Shown here: piece after piece, positions 1 to 8,090 of the stretch
Layout: every line of letters starts with the position of its first letter
Numbering within the stretch: the first letter of the stretch is position 1
Notes under the pieces: generated by a model
Databases searched by the model: none
Told to the model about the DNA's origin: nothing
The model's input: the letters and a program-made list of their open reading frames with translations, nothing else
DNA from: Longimicrobiales bacterium
GTDB taxonomy: Bacteria; Gemmatimonadota; Gemmatimonadetes; Longimicrobiales; Gaopeijiaceae
Direction: 5' to 3'
Length of the DNA stretch: 64,000 bases
Assembly (NCBI GenBank): GCA_041690395.1
Contig: JAWLHJ010000002.1
Coordinates: 164,697 to 228,696, forward strand
Position numbers and translations under genes: made by a program

Positions 1-1161
1 GTGGGAGACCACGGAGACCACGTCCTCCCGCTGACGGATCGCCTCCCTGAGCGCACGCTCCGTGCGCTGCACTTCGGTCATGTCGGTGAAGGTGAGGACG
101 GAGCCGCGGAGCTCGGTTCCGTCGATGAGCGGCCGCTGGGCCCACTTGACCGGGAGGGCCGTGCCGTCGCGGCGCCAGAGGACATCCACGCCGTGGGAGT
201 CGTTGGCCTCCCCGGCGGAGAGCCCGGCGAGCACCCGTGACTCCGACCGCTCCCGGGGGGAGCCATCGGGTCGGCTGTGGTGCAGGGTTTCGTGGAAGTC
301 CTTGCCGACGATGTCCCGCTCCGGGTATCCGAGGAGATCGACGCCCGCGCGGTTCAGCGACAGGCAGTGTCCCTCGAGATCGATGCCGAGTACCCCGTCG
401 CCCGTGGCCTCGAGGATCGCGTCGATGTCGCGACGGGCACGCACGGCGTCGCGATGGCGCACCTGCGCCTCGCGGGTGAGCCCCTTCAGCCGCAGGCCGA
501 CCCGTCCGACCAGGAGGGTCGCGCCGAGGGCGAGAGCGGCGAGCACCACGCTGAGCCGGCCCTGAAGCGTCCGGGCTTGGTCCATACGACCGCGACCGGC
601 GAGCATCTCGCGTTGGATCGCGGCGTCGAGCAGGTCCGTGCGACGCTGGATCTCGGCGTAATCCGTCCGGCTCCTCTCGAGCGCCGCGACCCGGGCGACG
701 GGATCCTCCGCGAGGAGAACCCGTTGGTTGTCGAGGTGCCAGCGAGTGGTCGCTGCGGATACCTGAGCCAGCCGCTCCCGGACGCCGGGGGTCTGGGGGT
801 TGTCCGGATCCACGTCCAGGCTCAAGTCGGCCGACAGATCGCGTAGACGAGCGAATACGCTGTCGCTCTCCGAGATCGCTCCCACGTAGGAGCGACGGAA
901 CGACGGATCCCCGGAGAGGACGAACCCCTCGAACCTCGCCATCTGCCTCGAGTTCAGGAGCGACAGCCGTGACCCGAGATTGCTCGCGGGCTGGAGGACG
1001 TCGTTGATGTGATTCTGCGCGTCCACCACGCGGTTGCCCATGTACCACGGGAGCACGGCGAGCGCCACGAGCGCCGCGGCCACGAGCCAGAGCGCCCGGA
1101 GGCCCCGTGCACGCACCTCCAGGTCGTCGTCACGATCTCCGGACCCGCGTCTCATGACCAT
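1..1161 (-). CDS. PAS-domain membrane sensor histidine kinase (C-terminal part runs off the left edge)
   Basis: Not in the ORF track; translated manually from ATG 1161. N-terminal TM (LWLVAAALVALAVLPW), helical periplasmic region, PAS (ILEATGDGVLGIDLEGHCLSLNRAGVDLLGY...GSVLTFTDMTE), then the H-box begins at the edge (REDVVSVVSH). Confidence 0.85.
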   Translation of the reverse strand, partial: MVMRRGSGDRDDDLEVRARGLRALWLVAAALVALAVLPWYMGNRVVDAQNHINDVLQPASNLGSRLSLLNSRQMARFEGFVLSGDPSFRRSYVGAISESDSVFARLRDLSADLSLDVDPDNPQTPGVRERLAQVSAATTRWHLDNQRVLLAEDPVARVAALERSRTDYAEIQRRTDLLDAAIQREMLAGRGRMDQARTLQGRLSVVLAALALGATLLVGRVGLRLKGLTREAQVRHRDAVRARRDIDAILEATGDGVLGIDLEGHCLSLNRAGVDLLGYPERDIVGKDFHETLHHSRPDGSPRERSESRVLAGLSAGEANDSHGVDVLWRRDGTALPVKWAQRPLIDGTELRGSVLTFTDMTEVQRTERALREAIRQREDVVSVVSH

Positions 1162-1247
1162 CGCTCACGACACCGCGCGTCCGGCTTCACGACACCGGAG
1201 ACCCGAGGACCCTTCCCGAGCTCGAGGAGCCGAAGAGGGCGCCGAGG

Positions 1248-1712
1248 TCAGCGAGACCCGATCGTGCCGAGATCGACATCGCCGAGCGCGTCGACGTCCC
1301 ACGCACTCCCCGTACCGGTCGGGAAGCCGTTCAGCGTGAGCAGATATGCGACGATCTCCACGTACCGCTCCTGGGGCAGACTATTCGGCGCGTCCTCCGG
1401 CATCGTGGCGGACATGAGGTCGAACAGGTCACGTGCCGTGCGGTTGCGCCAACGCGTCTGGAACGCCGTGTCGTTGAACTCGTTCGAGGAGTGGCACGCC
1501 GTGCACGACGCGAGGAACGCGTTCTCGCCCTGCTGAGCCTGCTGCGCCGGGACAGCGGTCGCCGATGGAGCGGGCGCCGCCGCGGCAGCCGGACGCCGAT
1601 CGACGGGTGCCGGAGGCGCAGCGGCCGTTCCCGTTGCCGGGGACGATCCAGAGGAGCAGGCCACCAGGGCCATCACGGGCAGAACGGAGAGCAACAGCTT
1701 GTAAGTGCGCAT
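1248..1712 (-). CDS. Monoheme c-type cytochrome lipoprotein
   Basis: Lipobox LVAC after a hydrophobic leader (start MRTYKLL), Ala/Pro linker, CTACH heme motif, distal Met in TMPED. Confidence 0.85.
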   Translation of the reverse strand: MRTYKLLLSVLPVMALVACSSGSSPATGTAAAPPAPVDRRPAAAAAPAPSATAVPAQQAQQGENAFLASCTACHSSNEFNDTAFQTRWRNRTARDLFDLMSATMPEDAPNSLPQERYVEIVAYLLTLNGFPTGTGSAWDVDALGDVDLGTIGSR

Positions 1713-1773
1713 GGAGCCGTGGGACGAGGGTGGTCGGGTACCGCTGGGCGGATCGAAGCCTAACATGGTCGGT

Positions 1774-2946
1774 TCAGGACGGACCGTGCAAGCGCGGCGC
1801 CAACGACTGGACCAGGTCGGCGAGTCTGCGGAAGCGACCCGGATCGTCCACGTCGATGACCGGGCAATCGGCCTCGAAAGTCGGATCATCGGTGAGCACG
1901 GCGAGATAGCGGCGCGGGTGCCCGACGGCCGGGTCACCGAGCAGCGGGCGCTCGTGCGTCGCGATCCGGAAGACCTCGATGCACGGGTAAGTCGTCTTCT
2001 TGAACCCCTCCGCGACGATGACGTCCGCGTCTTCCGCGAAGCGATGCACCAGGGTCTCGAGAGCCGGCTCGACGCCGTCGTCGGCCGGACCCCACCGACC
2101 CATCACGGCGAATCCGTCCGGTCCCGCCATCACCACGCGGGCCGCGCCCCCCTCGTGCCGATGTCTCCAGGAGTCGGTCCCCTCGTGATCGAGCTCGAAG
2201 CCGTGGCCGTGCTTCACGGTCACCACCTCGTGGCCGCGTGCCACGAGCTCGCGGACGAGACCGACCACGGTCGTGGTCTTGCCGGACTTCTTCTTCCCGA
2301 TCACGCAGACGACCGTCGGGCCGCCCGCGAGCCCCCCGGCGGGACCTTCCCGCCCGGCCCGGTCGGCACGAGCGAGGTCCGCGGGGGTGTTCACGTTCAG
2401 CAGCGCCGGCGCCCCGTCCATCTCGACCACTTTCCCGCCGACATGCTCGAAGAGCGCATAAGCCCCCCGCTCACCTTCATCCAGCAAGCGAGCCGTCACG
2501 TCACCGCAGGACACCCGGTACAGGGCGCAGAGCGGTTCGAAGCCCGGTGGGCCGTCACGCCGCGGGGCGGCGGCAGCCGCGTCGCCAACCGTGCCCACAA
2601 TCGCGCGGACCACCGAGGCGTCCACCGTGGGCAGGTCGCAGGCGAGCACGAAGACGGCGGCGGCGCCCACGCCCTCCGCATGGCGCAGGGCCGCCTCGAT
2701 CCCCGCGAGCGGTCCCTGGTCCTGACGGAGATCCGGAATTCGGGCGATCCCGTCCACCTCGTGCTCCGGTCGGGACGAGACCACCACCACCACGTCGCAT
2801 ACGGAGCGCAGTGTACCCGCGGCTCGATCGAGGAGTCGCTCGCCATCGAGCCTCGCGAGGCCCTTGTCGCGCCCGAAGCGGGAGCTCCGGCCACCGGCGA
2901 GCACGGCTCCGAGGATGGGACCGTCACGTCCTTCGGCGGTTGTCAC
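1774..2946 (-). CDS. mobAB: Bifunctional molybdenum cofactor guanylyltransferase MobA / MobB fusion
   Basis: N-terminal LAGGRSSRFGRDK, GPLAGI, LACDLP, NVNTPAD (MobA). C-terminal GKKKSGKTT P-loop, VKH..H, GTDSWRH, AEGFK (MobB). Confidence 0.9.
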   Translation of the reverse strand: MTTAEGRDGPILGAVLAGGRSSRFGRDKGLARLDGERLLDRAAGTLRSVCDVVVVVSSRPEHEVDGIARIPDLRQDQGPLAGIEAALRHAEGVGAAAVFVLACDLPTVDASVVRAIVGTVGDAAAAAPRRDGPPGFEPLCALYRVSCGDVTARLLDEGERGAYALFEHVGGKVVEMDGAPALLNVNTPADLARADRAGREGPAGGLAGGPTVVCVIGKKKSGKTTTVVGLVRELVARGHEVVTVKHGHGFELDHEGTDSWRHRHEGGAARVVMAGPDGFAVMGRWGPADDGVEPALETLVHRFAEDADVIVAEGFKKTTYPCIEVFRIATHERPLLGDPAVGHPRRYLAVLTDDPTFEADCPVIDVDDPGRFRRLADLVQSLAPRLHGPS

Positions 2947-3794
2947 GCGACCCGCTCTTCTCCCGTGTACACGTTGAAGCCCCCATCCCGCGCGAAGCCG
3001 ACGAGCGTCTGGCCGAAGCGCTTCGCGAGATCCACGGCCAACGTCGAGGGGGCGCCGACCGCGACGAGAGCAGGCACCCCGGCCATGACCGCTTTCTGCA
3101 CGAGCTCGAAAGAGGCACGGCCGCTCACTACGAGCAGCGCCTCGGATGCCGGCAGCTCGTGCGCCAGAAAGGCTTCTCCGAGCACTTTGTCCACGGCGTT
3201 GTGCCGGCCCACGTCCTCACGCACGCCGAGGCACTCGCCGGTCGTGTCGAAGAGTCCGGCGGCATGCAGGCCGCCCGTCCGGTCGAACGCGTCCTGGCGC
3301 GACCTCAGGCGGTCGGGGAGCGTGGGCAGCAGGCTCGCTTCGAACATGGGACCCGCCGAGAGAACGCGGCACCCCATCGCGCCGACCGCGTCGAGGGACG
3401 CCTTGCCGCACACGCCGCAGCTCGAGGTCGCGTAGAAGTTCCGGCGCAGGGCGTCCATGTCGAAGGCGACGCCGGGGCGGAGCCGGGCTTCGACGGTGTT
3501 GTACTCCTGCTCGCCCTCTCCGCTCCTGCAGTACGTGAGCTCGAGGATCTCTTCCGGCATCGTCACGACGCCTTCGCCGTGGAGAAAGCCGGCCACGAGC
3601 TCGAAGTCCTCTCCCGGGGTACGCATCGTGACCGCCAACGGCTCCGTCCGTCGTCGTCCGTCTTCGGTTCGGACCCAGGAGAGGCGGATCTCGAGCGGCT
3701 CCTCGACCACTAGCGTGTCCCGCTCCCGTTCCCGCGCACCGTCACGATATCGGGTGACCCGCAGGCTCCGCGTCGGGCCGCGACTCCCGATCAT
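2943..3794 (-). CDS. fdhD: Formate dehydrogenase accessory sulfurtransferase FdhD
   Basis: VEEPLEI, TMRTPG, SSCGVCGK, TGGLHAA, EDVGRHNAVDK, SGRASFELVQKA. Confidence 0.95.
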   Translation of the reverse strand: MIGSRGPTRSLRVTRYRDGARERERDTLVVEEPLEIRLSWVRTEDGRRRTEPLAVTMRTPGEDFELVAGFLHGEGVVTMPEEILELTYCRSGEGEQEYNTVEARLRPGVAFDMDALRRNFYATSSCGVCGKASLDAVGAMGCRVLSAGPMFEASLLPTLPDRLRSRQDAFDRTGGLHAAGLFDTTGECLGVREDVGRHNAVDKVLGEAFLAHELPASEALLVVSGRASFELVQKAVMAGVPALVAVGAPSTLAVDLAKRFGQTLVGFARDGGFNVYTGEERVA

Positions 3795-3800
3795 CCCCTC

Positions 3801-4955
3801 TTACCGTCCCGACGCGTCGGCCTGGATGTCTTCGATCTCGCCCTGGATGGAGAGGAAGACGTCCAGGATGTCGGCGTCGAACCGCGTGCCGCTCTCCTCG
3901 CGCATCATCCCCAGCACCTCGGCATTCGGGACCGCGGCCCGGTAGGGCCGGTCGAACGTGAGGGCGTCGAAGAAGTCCACGACCGCGCAGATCCGGGCCT
4001 CGATGGGTATCTCCTCCCTGGCGATCCCGTTCGGATACCCACTCCCGTCCCAGGTCTCGTGGTGCGCCATCGCGACCCGCTGTCCCATCTGGATGACCGG
4101 AGACGACGAGCCGGCGAGGATCTGCCCACCGATGGTGGTGTGCGTGTTCATGACCTCGCGCTCTTCCGGCGTGAGCGGGCCCGGCTTCAGCAGGATGTGG
4201 TCCGGAATGCCGAGCTTGCCGACGTCGTGCATGGGCGCGGCATGGCGGATCGTGTCGATGAAGCTGGGCGCCAGGTGCATGGCGCGCGCCATGACCTCCG
4301 AGTACCGCCCGATCCGCTCGATGTGGCCCGCGGTGTCGTGATCCTTGTACTCCGCGGCCAGCGTCAGGCGGTAGATCGTGTCGAGGTGCCCTTCCTGGAC
4401 CCGGCGCTGGGCCGCCGTGACGTCTTCGAGCGCACGCCGGAGCTCGCGCGTGCGACGCTCGACGGTGGCCTCGAGGGTCGCCTGGCTGGCGAGGATCTCG
4501 TCCTGGGCCGCCTTGAGCTCGAGCAGCCACCGGAGTCGGAGTTGGAGCTCGACGTGGTCGACGGGCTTGTTGATGAAGTCGTTGATGCCCGCTTCGTACG
4601 CGCGGAGCCGGTCCTCCCGTGCTTCGAGGCTCGTCACCATCACGATGGGAAGGTCCTGGGCGCTGCGGCTCTCGCGGATCTTCTTGGCCACGTCGAAGCC
4701 GTCGAGGTTCGGCATGTGCGCGTCGGTCAGCACCAGATCGACCCCGAGCGCCACCTTGGCGAGCGCCTCGATTCCGTCGGCGGCGACCTCGACGTCGTAG
4801 CCGAAGCCCCGCACGAACTCCGCATGCAGCGTGCGAGCCAGCTCGTCGTCGTCGGCGACCAGGATGGTGAAGCGCCGCGCCCTCCTGTCGCGCGTCAGCG
4901 CAGGAGGTCCGGAAGCGGGGTCCGCTCGAGCAGATGAGGTGGAATCGGGGGTCAC
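3801..4955 (-). CDS. Response regulator with HD-GYP c-di-GMP phosphodiesterase domain (RpfG-like)
   Basis: Receiver (ILVADDD...LTDAHMP...INKP), coiled coil, HDVGKLG, HHETWDGSGYP, DFFDALTFDRPYR. Start estimated at GTG 4955 to avoid overlap with the upstream gene. Confidence 0.9.
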   Translation of the reverse strand: MTPDSTSSARADPASGPPALTRDRRARRFTILVADDDELARTLHAEFVRGFGYDVEVAADGIEALAKVALGVDLVLTDAHMPNLDGFDVAKKIRESRSAQDLPIVMVTSLEAREDRLRAYEAGINDFINKPVDHVELQLRLRWLLELKAAQDEILASQATLEATVERRTRELRRALEDVTAAQRRVQEGHLDTIYRLTLAAEYKDHDTAGHIERIGRYSEVMARAMHLAPSFIDTIRHAAPMHDVGKLGIPDHILLKPGPLTPEEREVMNTHTTIGGQILAGSSSPVIQMGQRVAMAHHETWDGSGYPNGIAREEIPIEARICAVVDFFDALTFDRPYRAAVPNAEVLGMMREESGTRFDADILDVFLSIQGEIEDIQADASGR

Positions 4956-5020
4956 GGGCCTGCGTAGGTCGGGTGGGATGCCGTCACAAGCTATGCGCGC
5001 TCGACCCGCCGGGCCAAGGG

Positions 5021-5512
5021 TCACGCGTCGCCGCGCGCCTCGACGAAGTCTTCTGCACACTGCTCCCCGATGGTGAAGAGCATGTGCATCCCACGCACCG
5101 GCGTCGTCCCGATCCACGTCCGGTGCCATGTGATCGCCGTCGAGCTCCCGTCACCGAACGGCTCGTGCAACTCCACGCGCGCCGCGAACGCGATGAGGCC
5201 GCTGTCGTAGAGCGTCTCGACGCGACACACCAGGAACCGCTCCGCCGTGGGGTCGAGAGCCACGCCGAGCTCTTCGAGCGTGTTCTCGAACGTCTGGACG
5301 ACCGCGTCGCGGAACTGGTCCTCTGTCGCCCCTCCGGCCGTCTCCGTGATGAGATCGTCCCACTGCACGGCAGCGCGGACCCCGAGCGGCGTCGCTCCCG
5401 CCAGCCTCGAAGGATCGCCGAAGCTGGCGTCCTGAGCCGCCGCCGGAGTCGTCCAGAGCCCGGGTACCGCGAGAAGGAGCGCGAGCGCGAGGGCTCTCGG
5501 AGATGTCCGCAT
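5021..5512 (-). CDS. Secreted hypothetical protein
   Basis: Signal peptide MRTSPRALALALLLAVPGLWTTPAAA-Q; globular mature region with two Cys. Confidence 0.65.
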   Translation of the reverse strand: MRTSPRALALALLLAVPGLWTTPAAAQDASFGDPSRLAGATPLGVRAAVQWDDLITETAGGATEDQFRDAVVQTFENTLEELGVALDPTAERFLVCRVETLYDSGLIAFAARVELHEPFGDGSSTAITWHRTWIGTTPVRGMHMLFTIGEQCAEDFVEARGDA

Positions 5513-5561
5513 GACGATGGCGCTCCTGCGTGGCTCGAACGGGGTGTGGTGGCCGGACGCT

Positions 5562-6278
5562 CTACCCACGGTCCGCTGGGGGCGTTCCGGATTCCGTCCC
5601 TGGCCGGGAGTCAGCAGGAGGCTTTCTGAACAGCGCCACGTTGTCGGCCGGAGTCTCGAGGTCCCAGGCGAAACGGCCCGCGATCCAGCGGAGGGTTTCG
5701 GGGGCGTAGAACGCCACGTGGGTCGGGTCGCGCACGTACCACCACGTCTCGAAGTCGATGTCCTCGGTGAACAGGCCGGTCATCAGGCCGAGCCACCCGC
5801 CGGGCCGGAGCAGCGCGTCGAAGCGCTCGAACTCCACCGCCGGCTCGAAGAAGTGCTCGGCCGTCTCCGTGCACGTCACGAAGTCGTACGTGGCGCGCAG
5901 CACCTCCTCGTCCGGAGCGAAGAACGGGTCGTAGACGGCCGTCGGGAACCCGCGCTCGCCCAGCATGACCGACAGCGTCGGGCCGGGCCCGGAGCCGTAG
6001 TCCAGCCCCCTCGCCCCCAAGTCGAGGCGCGCCGCCAAAGGAACGGCCAGACGGTCGAGGAAAGCGCGGTAGCCCGGGTCGGCCGCGTCGTTCTCGTGGG
6101 TCTCGTACCGCGCTCGCTCCCGGGCCGCGTCGAGGTGAGCCGCGGGATCGAGAAACACGAGCGCGCACCGGTCGCAGCGGTGGTAGCGATCCCCGCCGAC
6201 CCGCGCGAACGCCGCCGCCCCGCCGGTGCCGCATAGCGGACAGGTGAGCGAATGCTCGGCCTCGCCCCCCGCCGTCAC
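5562..6278 (-). CDS. Class I SAM-dependent methyltransferase with N-terminal Zn-binding motif
   Basis: CPLC...CDRC, LDYGSGPGP motif I, YDFVTCTETAEHF, WWYVRDPTHV. Start estimated (GTG 6278). Confidence 0.85.
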   Translation of the reverse strand: MTAGGEAEHSLTCPLCGTGGAAAFARVGGDRYHRCDRCALVFLDPAAHLDAARERARYETHENDAADPGYRAFLDRLAVPLAARLDLGARGLDYGSGPGPTLSVMLGERGFPTAVYDPFFAPDEEVLRATYDFVTCTETAEHFFEPAVEFERFDALLRPGGWLGLMTGLFTEDIDFETWWYVRDPTHVAFYAPETLRWIAGRFAWDLETPADNVALFRKPPADSRPGTESGTPPADRG

Positions 6279-6442
6279 GCCACGTTGCTCCGGATCCGGC
6301 CGATGCCTACGATGCGGTCGTCCGCCACTCGCTCCACCCGCCCGGACTCGACGGCTCCATGATCGCGTTGACGCCACGTCATACGGACGCACCGAGCGCG
6401 CGACCGCCCGTCGCGCGCATCCCGACGGGGAGGGGCTGAAGC

Positions 6443-6985
6443 GTGCGGTACGGCTCGGTGGCGCGTGCATTCCATTGGGGGACGTCGCTCGCCGTCGGCG
6501 TGATGCTCGCCGCCGGAATCCTGATGACGAGCGAGCCCCTCGCGGCCTACGCGGATCCCTTGTACGTGCTTCACAAGGGGCTCGGCAGCGTACTCCTGGT
6601 GGCGGTGCTCGCCCGGCTGGCCTGGCGTCTCACCCACCCCGCCCCCCCGCTCCCGGACTCGGTGCCGCAGGTGCAGGCGCGACTGATGCGCGCCACGCAC
6701 GCCGCCCTCTACGTGCTCCTCGTGGTCATGACGGTCAGCGGGTACGTGCGCACGGTCGGGGACGGCTTCCCCATCGAGCTCCTCGACGCGCTCGGCATTC
6801 CGCCGCTCATCTCCGACGCGCCTCGAGTGGCCGGGTATGCGCTGGTCATCCATCAGCTCACCGCGTACGCGCTCACGGCGCTGATCGCCGTGCACGTCGG
6901 CGCGGCCCTGAACGACGCCTTCGTGGAGCGGAAGGGTGTCTTCCGGCGCATGTGGCCACCGTGGAGCGAGCGCGACGGGGGCTGA
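6443..6985 (+). CDS. Cytochrome b561 family diheme membrane protein
   Basis: RYGSVARAFHW, LHKGLG, RLAWRL, HAALY, HVGAAL, RRMWP. GGGGAGGGG RBS before the GTG. Confidence 0.9.
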   Translation: MRYGSVARAFHWGTSLAVGVMLAAGILMTSEPLAAYADPLYVLHKGLGSVLLVAVLARLAWRLTHPAPPLPDSVPQVQARLMRATHAALYVLLVVMTVSGYVRTVGDGFPIELLDALGIPPLISDAPRVAGYALVIHQLTAYALTALIAVHVGAALNDAFVERKGVFRRMWPPWSERDGG

Positions 6986-6997
6986 CGGCCGCCGAAG

Positions 6998-7864
6998 TCA
7001 GTACCCGAGCAGCGTGCCACTGAACACGTCCTCGACCGGTCCTCGCAGGACGACGTCCAGGTCGCCGGTGACCGTGACATGGAGCGTCCCGCCGGGCATC
7101 TCGACACGTACTTCGGACGGCTCGAGCCAGCCGCTCGACACCGCCGCCACCGCCACCGCGCAGGCGCTCGTCCCGGACGCGCTGGTGGGCCCGACCCCAC
7201 GTTCCCAGACGAGCGCGCTGATACGGCCGGGCCCCTCCACGCGTGCGAGCTGCACGTTGGAGCCGTGGGCCAAGGAGGGGTGCGCGACGAGGTGTGACCC
7301 GACGCGCTCGAGCTCGGCGTCGGTCAGCTCCTCGGACGCCACCACGAGGTGCGGATTCCCGACCGACACCGGAACGACCGGCAGAGGCAGGCCGCCCGGC
7401 CCTTCGATCCGCCCTTCGGCATCGAGGGCCGCTGCATCGAGGGCGATCGCGGCCGCACCGACCTCGGCCCGACCCATCTCCACCGAAACGTCCAGCTCAC
7501 GCCCCGACCGGCCGTGGACGACGAGCTCGACCTCCCCTCCCCCGACTTCCACCCGGAACCGGCTCTGCCGTTCGGTGATCCGGGACAGATACGCGGCGAG
7601 GACGCGCAGCCCGTTGCCGCTCCGCTCGAACTCCGAGCCGTCGGGGTTGAACATCCGTGCCCGGAAGCGCCCATCGGAGCGATCTGCGAGCAGCACCACG
7701 ATGCCGTCGGATCCCACGCCGCGGTGTGGGTGGCATATCCGCATGACCGCCTCGGGCGTCGCGCGCCAGGCATCGCCCTCCTCGAACACGAGGTAGTCGT
7801 TGCCGAGGCCGTGCGCCTTGAAGAACGAGGCGCCGACCGAGGGCGGTGGGGGCCAAGCGGGCAT
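6998..7864 (-). CDS. dapF: Diaminopimelate epimerase (DapF)-family protein, Ser/Ser active-site variant
   Basis: FFKAHGLGNDY, GVGSDG, MFNPDGS, VSVGNPHLV, WERGVG, EMPGG, LRGPV. The catalytic motifs read SGNG and SASGTS. Confidence 0.8.
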   Translation of the reverse strand: MPAWPPPPSVGASFFKAHGLGNDYLVFEEGDAWRATPEAVMRICHPHRGVGSDGIVVLLADRSDGRFRARMFNPDGSEFERSGNGLRVLAAYLSRITERQSRFRVEVGGGEVELVVHGRSGRELDVSVEMGRAEVGAAAIALDAAALDAEGRIEGPGGLPLPVVPVSVGNPHLVVASEELTDAELERVGSHLVAHPSLAHGSNVQLARVEGPGRISALVWERGVGPTSASGTSACAVAVAAVSSGWLEPSEVRVEMPGGTLHVTVTGDLDVVLRGPVEDVFSGTLLGY

Positions 7865-8090
7865 GGTGTGAAGACCAGCGAGAGGGACACGCGCGTCCGC
7901 GCCTTCCGGCGGCGGACACGAAACCGGACGCCTCGAATTACGTAGGGGCGGCCGTCCCGGCGCAACCATTCGGACCGGGACTCCGTCGAAGAGGGAGGTC
8001 GCAGGAGCGGCCGGGGCGGGCCGTCGATGAGTGTCGTGGTACGACCGGAGTTGGTCGGCACCACGCCAGGGATCTCCAGGGAGTCGGACG

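Noticed and set aside
6437..6445. In-frame TGA just before cytochrome b561 (selenocysteine read-through?)
   Set aside because: A good RBS precedes the GTG, the protein is complete from there, and the TGA is not at a Cys-equivalent position.
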